Shown in pieces: positions 1 to 9,800 of a stretch of 64,000 nt of DNA. Below the pieces are notes generated by a model. It was not told the origin of the DNA, did no database searches, and saw only the letters and a program-made list of their open reading frames with translations. Numbering within the stretch: the stretch's first letter is position 1; the number at the start of each line of letters is the position of its first letter. A program made the translations under genes and the position numbers. This DNA comes from a virus (lineage: Duplodnaviria; Caudoviricetes): IMG/VR virus record IMGVR_UViG_3300032239_001501, positions 32,001 through 96,000 of that record. One strand, 5' to 3'.

Positions 1-3000
1 ATCTCTAGAATACGCCAAAACTAATGAAAGACAATTTGTTGGTGTTGCGTAATTGTAAGTAAATAAAGAACCTGAAACTAAAGTAACTCCGTTAAGTACT
101 GGTACAGTACATGTTGAATCTATAGTTTTTGTAGGAACAGCCGAAACACCATTATAAGTCCCATCCAAATTAGGCAATCCTAAACCAGTTGCAGACGCAT
201 ACGCCTCATCAAAAGTGACAAGTAATTTTTTAAATTGAAGATTTTTATTACTTTCATAATATTCAGGAGTCACATTATTTATTGGCCAATAACATACATA
301 ATATTTTGGTATTCCAATTTGTTGTATTCTTTGAACATTTGGAGATAATCTTGATACCATAAAATCAATAAACTTATCAATACTTTCAAAGTTCGCAATA
401 GGTAATGTATTGGGATTGCTTTTAGCCGGTGATTCACCTGCCTGTACTTCCAAACATGAGTATTTTTTAGTAAAATAAATATTACTATTACCATAATCTA
501 TATCTAAAGTTACCGCAGCAAAGTTATTATTCCATCCAGCAATTAAAGGTTTACTACCTGTTCCTTGAAAACTTCTAACATAGCATATAGTATAAATAAT
601 TGTTTGAAGTACTGTATTAGATGTTTTACCTGTGATAGCATCTCTAAGTTCTTTGGTACTTTTTGATGTTAAAACTGTTGGTGTTGATTCCCATTTTTGT
701 TCATCATAAATAGGAAGAAGTTTCGCCTTACAAGCATTTTGAGCATTGTAAGAATTTTCAGCTTTTTGTAATATTTTAGCAGCTTTTGATGTGTCTGTAG
801 TTGCACCAGGTGCTGGAGTCTCATCTTTTTTATTAAGAACTGCCTGTTCAATTTTAGTTAATAAATTTTTATTAATACTTTGTAAGAAATTATCAATTGC
901 AGGTAAATCAAAAATACCTTGTCTTACACCTGTAATTGTTGTCTCAAAATTACCAGGAGTAATATTATGTGAAATTTCCGTAATCATATAAGGACCATTA
1001 AACATTGGTACATGTTGTAAATTAAAATACATTGTTGGTTGTAACAAAGCATTTCCAAGACATTGTACTGTACAAGTATAACTTCTATTTTTGTATAAAT
1101 TATAAAGACTCACATTTTGAGTCGCAACATTTCTACCACTTGCTTGGTTAATCATGTTTAACTGAGTTTCTATTGTTTCTGAAGTTGCCTTTCCAGCTTC
1201 TTGAGATACACTGAACGAATAAAACACATTTTGATTTCTAACACCAATATCAACATTAAACCCAACACATCTATTTGATAACGCATAATCTTTTTTATTT
1301 GCAATATTTTCAATTAACGGATTTTCAGATGCCTTTCTCATTTCAAAACTATCATCTCTAAATCTAGAATTTCCTTTAGGTAATTTTAAATACTCAGAAG
1401 GTTTTCCAGCATAAAAACAAATCATTTTTGGACCAGAATTTCTATAATCAACATTTAAAAATGTACCCCACATACTGTTGGCGAATTCAAGCGAACCTTC
1501 TGATTTTTGTGGTGTATTAATACCTGACACATCTTGAACATTATAAAAATTAACATAAGCAGGAAGTGGCATAACATTAAAGTTATTCTTGATTAGAATT
1601 CCACTTATTAAAGTGAATACACTCATTCTTTCATTATACGCATTTTTATTAAGAATATTTTGTAAATCAAAAATATCTATTATTATAGTATTTCCAATAT
1701 TTCTAGACGCTCTATCTAAGAAGAGCATATCTTCAAATAATGTTTTGTTTTTATAATCTCCTCCAGCTATCCATTTGTCATTAAGTCCTTTAAACACTTC
1801 ATAATTTTCTACTTTAGATTGTTGTCCATCTATTACAGATTGTATTGTTCTTTCAGGTAATTGTGATTGATTTGGAAGTGAAGCTCTTAACGCCTCCATA
1901 GTTTTATTTAGAATAATATTTTGTAAATTTGTACCATCTGAAATAAAACTATTTATTTGTGTTTTAAAATTTGCTGGAGTTATTGATGGATTCAATAATT
2001 TTCTTGTAGCATAAACTTTAATTAATTCTGCATACAACGTTATATTTTGTGTTGAAAACTCTACATTATTATCAACAAAGAAATCTGTTATATATGAACC
2101 CTGATTAGTATACTCTAAATTAACTATTGTTGAAAATCCAACTTCTGTTTGTAATGCAGCCCATTGTAATGGGTAATTTGCCTTACTTTGGGATAAAGTT
2201 GTTTGTCCATTTAATGTTGGCAAACTTCCAATAACATATGGATTATACTTAATAGGGTCAGTCGCTGTTCCAACAAATGAACCAAATATTCTTCTATTAT
2301 AATTTCCAGGATTACCATTTCTTAAAATAACATCATACTCCATAAAGTTTTTTATATTGGAAGAAAAAACTTGTAATTGATTATTAATTGTATCTAAAAA
2401 ATATTGGTTAGTATCTGTACCTGTCATTGTTGGAACTGTCATTGCAACTCTCATAAAAGATTGGAAGTTCTTAAAATTTGCATTAATATCAAAAGGACTT
2501 TCTCCTAATCCAACAATATCTTTTGCGGCAATTAATGTGTTAATTGGTTTACAAAAATTTAAAAATTCCGTTTCAAACTGATTCAATATAGATTTATTAA
2601 AAACTGAAAATATTTCTTCAATTTTAGAATACGTGTCTCCTGATAAAAAACTAAGTGGTGATTGATTTGAAGATAATGGATCAATATAATTTAAATAAGA
2701 ATCTGGTTTTGGTTTTACCTTTGTATATGTATCAAAATATCCATAGTTAGGTGCCGACCATAATAATCTAACACTACCATTATACATTGATTGATTATAT
2801 GTTAAATCAACTATTGTACCCCCTGTCGCATTAATACATTGTGAGTTTGTTTGATTAATAATATTACCAAATGATGGTATTACATAATATTCTCCCCCTT
2901 TAGTATTATTTGAAGGAACACATACCGATTGATTGTTATTTGAAGTGTCCATTAAATGTGGAATTACCACACTATATGGTTGAACTTTTAAATTTTTTGT

Positions 3001-6000
3001 TTTTTGTGTTGCAGTAATTTGTCCATCAGATAATGAAACTATCTTCATTCCATTAACCATACTAGCTTGAATTTCTTCATTACTATATGTTTGATAAAGG
3101 TCATAACCATTATAAAACACATTAAAATCATTAATTACTTTTGGATAAAATCCATTTTGTATTTTAATTGTGTCAGTAGTTTCATTTTGTAAAACAATTT
3201 GTTGATTTACCGTTACACCATTTATTTTAGTACTATAATTATACTCATGATTAACACTACTTGTTATTGGATCATAATTTGTGACATAGTCAAAATCTTT
3301 CCAACACGTATCTAATATATCAACATTAGTCTCAATATATTTTTTATATCTATACCAAATAGACCCCATTTTAAGAACCCAAGCATATGGCACTTTATGA
3401 ACAGCACCAAACTTTTTAAATACCGAAGCAATATAATCCAAATCATTTGTGACACCATTTGAATATGTTTTATATCTTTCTCTTAAAGTATCTAACGGTA
3501 ACGAGTTAATAAACAAATATGCCGCTTGAATATATGGATATGGATCTGAAGTTCTTGAATTATAAACACCATTTTGAATTGCATTAATGAAATACGGTGT
3601 ATTCAACATTGATGTTGTTGTTTGTGCAGGAAATGGTGTAACTGGTGATGGAAAATAACAATACCCTTCTGTTGGTACAAACTTTTGTGGTTCCCTTGCA
3701 GTGTAAAATATATTTAAATCACCATTAACAACTGTAGTTGACGGATTAGTAACATTTAAATACGAAAAGTTTGTAACAGGTCTATTTGTAGTATAATCCG
3801 TAATTGTATCAAAATTGGCAATAACATTATTCTGAGAATAAATTTTATACGTATTATTTGTGTTATATACAAGTTCATTAGGATTTTGTAATGCCTTGTC
3901 CATATTTTTTAAACACCATTGAGGATTCGTAAATGGATAAGTATCCAATAACATTGGAGTATTATAATCTGTTTTTATTATAGATTGTAAGGCTTTTGCG
4001 TCTTGTGCCGATGCTGGAATTTTACCTGTTTCATTTAAATTTAAAATAGAGAAAGGAGAATCTGTTAAAGCCTTGATATACGGTGTAACATAAAAGTCTC
4101 TAATAAAATCTTGATATGATCTTCCAGTACCTTGATTTGAAATTGTCTCAAGTGTACTAACATAGTTATTAGCATTCAATGCCAAGTTTTTCAATTTAAC
4201 AGTTAAAAATGGAGAACTACCTCCCAAACTTTTTACAAGATTGTCTGTCTCAACTTTCATTGAATAATCTGAAAATCCTCCAACACCATTACTATTACCA
4301 AGTAATCTAACATATCCAGAATAAAAAGATGTTAAATATTGTCTTTCCCAAATCTCATAAAAAAATTTTATCTCTTCTTTATTAACATATGCAATACCAA
4401 CATTTGGATATTCAATTGCGTTAACATTTGTTATCAATGTTTTTGTTTCCGTATCTAACGATGGTTGACTTGTTGGATTTTGAAACTTTTGTGTTAATCC
4501 TTTCATATACTCTTCAACAAACTCAACTTCAGGCCATTTATCATATAAATAACCTTTTGTTAAATTAACAACTGATGGGTCAGCAATATATTTTAATTGA
4601 AATCTTCCTTTTTTATCTTCTGGAGTTTCAACAAAAAATTGCGGCCAAGGATAAACAGGGATTTGTGATGTTGACAATCCTTGATTAGATTGTTGAGCAC
4701 TAATAGAAATTGAAACATTATCTATTGTGTCTGATCCAGGTGCTGATGATGGGTTATCTAATATTGCATTTTTTCTAACAGGGTCGTATTTAACATTCCA
4801 AGAATTTGTATGCACATCATCAAGAAGTCTTATAAACGCTTCTGCTGACGCCATTATTACTGCAACAATATTTCTTACTGTAGGTTTAAATCCTAAACCA
4901 GTCGCCTTATCTTCAATTTTTCTAGCCAAATCTGCCGATATGATACCTTCAACTTCAGCAAGTTTTGCCGTTGCTTGAGTTTCCATATTAGCAATATTTT
5001 TATCAAATTTTTTATCTCCTTCAAATATTATAAATCTTGGTGATGTTACTTTTTTGGGTAATCCAGTTTTATCAGTTTCAATAATTGGTACTAATTGTTT
5101 TTCAATACTTTTTTTTAATAACTCCTCTTGTTCTGGTGTTGGTAATACTGTACCTGTTTGATATCTAACTGTCTCTGGCCAATTTATATCAGAATAATTC
5201 ACATCTATATAAAAACCATCAATCTTTATTGGGTTTTCAATTGGTGATGTTTTATTTTTACCTAAAGTTTGATTTTCCGCCAAAGCTAAATTATATCTTG
5301 CAACTAAATCAGATAATTTAGATTGAGCTTCTTGTTTTGCGGCGTCATCTAAATTCTCTTTAAATGAATATACCATTTGACCACCAATTAATATAATAGG
5401 CTTGTTATTACAATAGGTATTAAACCAAGAAGAATCAGACCCTCTAACATTTGCAAAATAGTCAGTGAGTTTTTGTTTGTAAGTTCTAATATTTGTTAAT
5501 GGTTCAACATTAGATTTTTTATATGAATTAACAATTGCTTGTTCAAAGTTTTCAAGTTTGTTCATTAATTGTTGTACTGTTAATTCTGGAAAATCAGGAT
5601 CAACTAAACCTTTAGCTTTATATTCACTATAAATTTCTACCACTTTCTGATATCCTCGTTCACTTACAATTTCAGTTGTAACATTATTTGTACTGTTTGT
5701 ACCTATACCTGATTTATTTATTGATGTTGCATCTTTTGATTGATTAGCATTTTGTGCTTCTGTAGGTGATTGTGTTACCTGAAATCTTTGGGAATACATA
5801 TGAGGAGCAGCTAGAAGATGCCCAAAAGAAATTTCATTTAATATATTAAATTTATACCCTTTAAATTCCAAATCAATTATGTAATTACCACTAAAACTAT
5901 TAAATGATGCATTAAATTTTTCCAAATTTAATTGATATCTAATTGCCTGTCCGTAATAACCTTTTAGCGTTAAATAAAATGGACAATATGGTAAATTAAA

Positions 6001-6558
6001 AAACGCTGAATATGGTGAATCATTACCTAATTGAAATAACGCTCTCCCTTGAACATCTTCCAATCTAATAGAGACACTTGGAATAAACGATGTACTAGTT
6101 CTTATGGCAATACTTGTAATTCCAAGTAATCCAGTATCAATAATATTTGTTTGGTCAGCAACACTATTTATAATATATGGTTGTTCTCCATTTCCAGGAT
6201 TAACTGAGACTTGTTTTGGTTGATTAATTGCTTCATATTTAGTAGAATTTTCTCCAGTCAATTCATCATAATAACCTGTACCTAAATAACTATTTTTTGT
6301 TGGTTTTAAAAAATTAATTTTAGCAACAGATATAGTTCTAATTCTATCCTCAGGACTTCCCCCAACAGATAATTTTGTTCTTGGTATAACTTCAGCTTCA
6401 AGATTCGCATACATCACCAAATTTTCATGGTCAATAATTCTTTCTCTTATCTTACCAAATGAATCTATTGTCTTATTTGGATCAACCACAATAAGATTGT
6501 TATAATCAAAATCAACCAATATATCTCCGCTGTTATCTGCTTGTAAGTTACCTGCCAT
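1..6558 (-). CDS. Giant baseplate hub-like virion protein (>2186 aa, 3' end runs off the window); absent from the ORF track
   Basis: ATG at 6558 overlaps the end of 6548..6871 and reads MAGNLQADNSGDILVDFDYNNLIVVDPNK. The frame was open wherever I translated it (1-60, 241-660, ~930-1080, the 5' end), and the track lists no long closed ORF here. GNALLQPTMYFNLQHVPMFNGPYMITEISHNITPGNFETTITGVR (~920-1060) resembles the C-terminal barrel of gp27/gpD/VgrG-type hubs. Confidence 0.85.
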   Translation of the reverse strand, partial: MAGNLQADNSGDILVDFDYNNLIVVDPNKTIDSFGKIRERIIDHENLVMYANLEAEVIPRTKLSVGGSPEDRIRTISVAKINFLKPTKNSYLGTGYYDELTGENSTKYEAINQPKQVSVNPGNGEQPYIINSVADQTNIIDTGLLGITSIAIRTSTSFIPSVSIRLEDVQGRALFQLGNDSPYSAFFNLPYCPFYLTLKGYYGQAIRYQLNLEKFNASFNSFSGNYIIDLEFKGYKFNILNEISFGHLLAAPHMYSQRFQVTQSPTEAQNANQSKDATSINKSGIGTNSTNNVTTEIVSERGYQKVVEIYSEYKAKGLVDPDFPELTVQQLMNKLENFEQAIVNSYKKSNVEPLTNIRTYKQKLTDYFANVRGSDSSWFNTYCNNKPIILIGGQMVYSFKENLDDAAKQEAQSKLSDLVARYNLALAENQTLGKNKTSPIENPIKIDGFYIDVNYSDINWPETVRYQTGTVLPTPEQEELLKKSIEKQLVPIIETDKTGLPKKVTSPRFIIFEGDKKFDKNIANMETQATAKLAEVEGIISADLARKIEDKATGLGFKPTVRNIVAVIMASAEAFIRLLDDVHTNSWNVKYDPVRKNAILDNPSSAPGSDTIDNVSISISAQQSNQGLSTSQIPVYPWPQFFVETPEDKKGRFQLKYIADPSVVNLTKGYLYDKWPEVEFVEEYMKGLTQKFQNPTSQPSLDTETKTLITNVNAIEYPNVGIAYVNKEEIKFFYEIWERQYLTSFYSGYVRLLGNSNGVGGFSDYSMKVETDNLVKSLGGSSPFLTVKLKNLALNANNYVSTLETISNQGTGRSYQDFIRDFYVTPYIKALTDSPFSILNLNETGKIPASAQDAKALQSIIKTDYNTPMLLDTYPFTNPQWCLKNMDKALQNPNELVYNTNNTYKIYSQNNVIANFDTITDYTTNRPVTNFSYLNVTNPSTTVVNGDLNIFYTAREPQKFVPTEGYCYFPSPVTPFPAQTTTSMLNTPYFINAIQNGVYNSRTSDPYPYIQAAYLFINSLPLDTLRERYKTYSNGVTNDLDYIASVFKKFGAVHKVPYAWVLKMGSIWYRYKKYIETNVDILDTCWKDFDYVTNYDPITSSVNHEYNYSTKINGVTVNQQIVLQNETTDTIKIQNGFYPKVINDFNVFYNGYDLYQTYSNEEIQASMVNGMKIVSLSDGQITATQKTKNLKVQPYSVVIPHLMDTSNNNQSVCVPSNNTKGGEYYVIPSFGNIINQTNSQCINATGGTIVDLTYNQSMYNGSVRLLWSAPNYGYFDTYTKVKPKPDSYLNYIDPLSSNQSPLSFLSGDTYSKIEEIFSVFNKSILNQFETEFLNFCKPINTLIAAKDIVGLGESPFDINANFKNFQSFMRVAMTVPTMTGTDTNQYFLDTINNQLQVFSSNIKNFMEYDVILRNGNPGNYNRRIFGSFVGTATDPIKYNPYVIGSLPTLNGQTTLSQSKANYPLQWAALQTEVGFSTIVNLEYTNQGSYITDFFVDNNVEFSTQNITLYAELIKVYATRKLLNPSITPANFKTQINSFISDGTNLQNIILNKTMEALRASLPNQSQLPERTIQSVIDGQQSKVENYEVFKGLNDKWIAGGDYKNKTLFEDMLFLDRASRNIGNTIIIDIFDLQNILNKNAYNERMSVFTLISGILIKNNFNVMPLPAYVNFYNVQDVSGINTPQKSEGSLEFANSMWGTFLNVDYRNSGPKMICFYAGKPSEYLKLPKGNSRFRDDSFEMRKASENPLIENIANKKDYALSNRCVGFNVDIGVRNQNVFYSFSVSQEAGKATSETIETQLNMINQASGRNVATQNVSLYNLYKNRSYTCTVQCLGNALLQPTMYFNLQHVPMFNGPYMITEISHNITPGNFETTITGVRQGIFDLPAIDNFLQSINKNLLTKIEQAVLNKKDETPAPGATTDTSKAAKILQKAENSYNAQNACKAKLLPIYDEQKWESTPTVLTSKSTKELRDAITGKTSNTVLQTIIYTICYVRSFQGTGSKPLIAGWNNNFAAVTLDIDYGNSNIYFTKKYSCLEVQAGESPAKSNPNTLPIANFESIDKFIDFMVSRLSPNVQRIQQIGIPKYYVCYWPINNVTPEYYESNKNLQFKKLLVTFDEAYASATGLGLPNLDGTYNGVSAVPTKTIDSTCTVPVLNGVTLVSGSLFTYNYATPTNCLSLVLAYSRD

Positions 6559-6871
6559 AATAATAAAAATGATTTTCAAGTGCGGCTTTATAATCTTGTA
6601 ATGAAGATATTAACGGGAAAGGTATTATCAAAATAGCACCATCATAAATATTATTTTCCAATCCACCAAATTGTGGATTTGCTTGTAATATTAACCAGTT
6701 AAAATAAGGTGAATTATAAAATTCTTGAGAAACTTTATCTAACCTACTCTTAGCCACTTTATATATGTAAGTTTGGTCAGTAGGTTTTTGGCTTATATAA
6801 ACAAAAGGCACCACAGTTTGTTCACCATTAATAATGAATTCATCATAACGATTATAATATGGATACGCCAT
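6548..6871 (-). CDS. LysM-like baseplate protein (P2 gpX / T4 gp53-like)
   Basis: RLDKVSQEFYNSPYFNWLILQANP matches the LysM-like pattern of wedge proteins; lies between the tube initiator and the hub. Confidence 0.7.
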   Translation of the reverse strand: MAYPYYNRYDEFIINGEQTVVPFVYISQKPTDQTYIYKVAKSRLDKVSQEFYNSPYFNWLILQANPQFGGLENNIYDGAILIIPFPLISSLQDYKAALENHFYYYGR

Positions 6872-9800
6872 TAATTAAGTTTTAATTTTGAAACATATAC
6901 TGACGGTTTACCGTCATTATTATTCCAACTATTTTTATCTGTATTTGCCAATACTCTACCTAATCCAGTTATCATTGTTGTTTGACTTGCTGTCGGTGAT
7001 GTTGATTTTTCAAAAGTAAACAACCTATCTTTGACTCCAAATGGAGTATAATTAATATAGTCTTTTAATTGACCTTTTTCAAGGCTATCAAAAAATGCTG
7101 TCGTTATTGTATTTTCTTTACTAAAAAGAGGTTTTGCAATTCCTATCCAATAAGCATCAAATTGAGCACTAATATCAGAACTTCCACTACCAATAATATC
7201 CGTATTCTTAATTATATCACCAATTATAGCATTCTTAAAAGTTTGATATCTTTTATCATCTAATATTTCAGCAGATAAAATCATATACATTCTTTTAAAT
7301 GAAAGTACTTGAAAAGTATCATCCTTACTAAATGGTTCAAATACTTTAGACTTTAAATCTTTATCATATGTTGTCCCTTCACTACTTACACCATATAAAG
7401 CATTCCCTGTGTATTGCGAAGATTCATATGTAAATTTGCTTTTCTTTACTATTAAATCATAAAACGAACTAACACTATAACCAATTTTTCTAATATCATT
7501 TTGTATTTCAATAAAAGTGTCCGCAGCTTCAGAAGTTGAATAGACATTTGTAGTTCCACTAATATCGTATATTGTAATATTACCATTTTTTTCTTGTAAC
7601 CCGTCAGTACCTGTATCTGGTCCAGATTTGTATAAAGGTATTACATTAGCCCTTGTCAAATATTGAATATATTTTTGTTGTTGTGTAACAAGATCTTGAT
7701 TTAATTGAGTTATTGCACTTTGATAAGAACTTTTTGTATTTGTTACAAAATTCTTCATATTCATTTTTAGTTGTCTAATAACTTTAGGACTAAACCTTTT
7801 TTCAGTTCCTGACATAAAATTAATAAATCTATCCTGAGTTGCACTATCATCACTTTCTATATCTGCAATATAATCATTAGTAATATTATCAACTATTTTT
7901 TGAATGTTATCAGGTTTTCCTACAATTAAAATTTCTTTTCCTGGTGTTGTATCCACCAAGAAAGTTCCCGACACATAATTTCTACTTGAAGTCCAATTTT
8001 GCAACATAGCATTATTATATTGTTTAACACATTCTTTACTTTTATTAACAAAAGTTTGGAAATACGTTTGTGTTTCTGCAACAAAATTATTCATAAACTT
8101 TTTATAACTAATTGTTCCCGTTGTACCTGAAGTTGATAAAATATCTCCAATAGTTGCCTCGTTTGTTTGTGGATTATTATCTTGTGTTTGATTAAGTGTT
8201 GGGCCTGGCGGTTGGGGTCCTGCATTAATCCAAGCCTTATCAATTACTTTATAACTTAAATCTGTAACATCCGCTCTATCATCATACATTTCAGTATTAG
8301 CATAATAATTAAATGTTAATGCATTTTGTAATTTATCTACAGATTCTTTTAACCCACTACCTCCAACAAAATTAAATGATAATGTCACATTTGCAATCAT
8401 TGGTTGAATACCAATACCTTCAGGATTAATATCCAAATCTTCATATGTTAGTTGTAATCCTATTGGAATAATTTTTGTATTATAAAAATCACCAACTCTT
8501 AAAACTAATACTGGAGGTGCTCCAAACGCAGTGTTAGTTGCATTATTATACTGAAGTTCATTTTTTTGTCCAACAGTTTTAATTGTTGGAATTGTATCAC
8601 CAGGTCTCATACATTGTTGAAGAAATGTTAATCTAGTATTTAACCCTTCTGGCGTCATTGAATGAAATCCTGGTTGAAAAAACTTCAATTTTTCTTTAAG
8701 ATTATCATATACCATTGGAGAATCTTCTTTGATAGCTTCAAAGTAATTACATTCAGAAAGTAATGATCTTAATACTCTTTTAGTAATATTATCTCTTTCA
8801 ACCCATTTCTCTTCAATTTGTTGAACTGTTGTTGTTACTGGTGTAACTGTTCCTACGATTACATTTGAAAGTTGTGGTTGTGGTTGTTGTTGTACAGGTT
8901 GAGCATTTTGTTGTACAGGTGTTTGAGTTAATGTTGATTTTATATTAGAAATATATGCTCTTCTACAGGCCATTGCTGTTGTAGAATAAATTTTATTTGT
9001 TTGTGATAAAGTATCTCCTCCTTTAGCATTTGCATCATTATCAGTACAACTTATTGTTGTACCTTTTATAAATTTTTTAGTTTGGTCATCATATTGTAAA
9101 ACACTCGCTTCTTCACCAAAAGCAGTACCTGATGTAACTATTAATTTATTATTATAATATTGTGCAGTATCCGGATTAGTTTTAAAATATTGAATAGCAG
9201 AGTAAATTCTTCTTGTCGCTAATTGTTTATTATATGAACTACTCGCAGGTGCAGAACAACTCGCTTCAATTATTATTGTTATATTTCCTTCACCACTTTT
9301 ATTTTGTTCAATTTGATTTTTAATTAATGTACATAAATTTTTAATTTCAGTATAATTAGGTGTAACTACACTATTAAAAAATGATTGGGTTACTGACGCA
9401 GTGGTTTGTTTAGTATAAGACCCACTTAAAACATTACTACTATACGTATCATATTCAGAATTATAATTTGCAACTAATTCTTGTGTTTTTGGTATATCAT
9501 TATCAAAATAAAATCCAAAATTATCAAAATTTTCAAACGGATTTGTTGAATTATTTGGTGCAACTGGTTGAGTTTGTGGATCTGACTTTACTCCTGTTTG
9601 TATTGTTTTAACTGCATAAGTCAATTGTTCCTTAGTCATCTCTTTTGATGAAATCATTTGTTGAAGTTCATACAAATCATTAGGATTAATTGTCACATAT
9701 TTTTTAGCTAATTCATATAAATCATATGTTCTACATCCAGCAAAAAATGAATCAATAATACTATCAATTCTTGGTCTGTTTGTTTCGTTTTTTAAAACTT

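Noticed and set aside
279-4978. Short track ORFs at 279, 669, 791 and 4727
   Set aside because: They lie inside the long minus-strand ORF 1..6558, in other frames or antisense; shadow ORFs.
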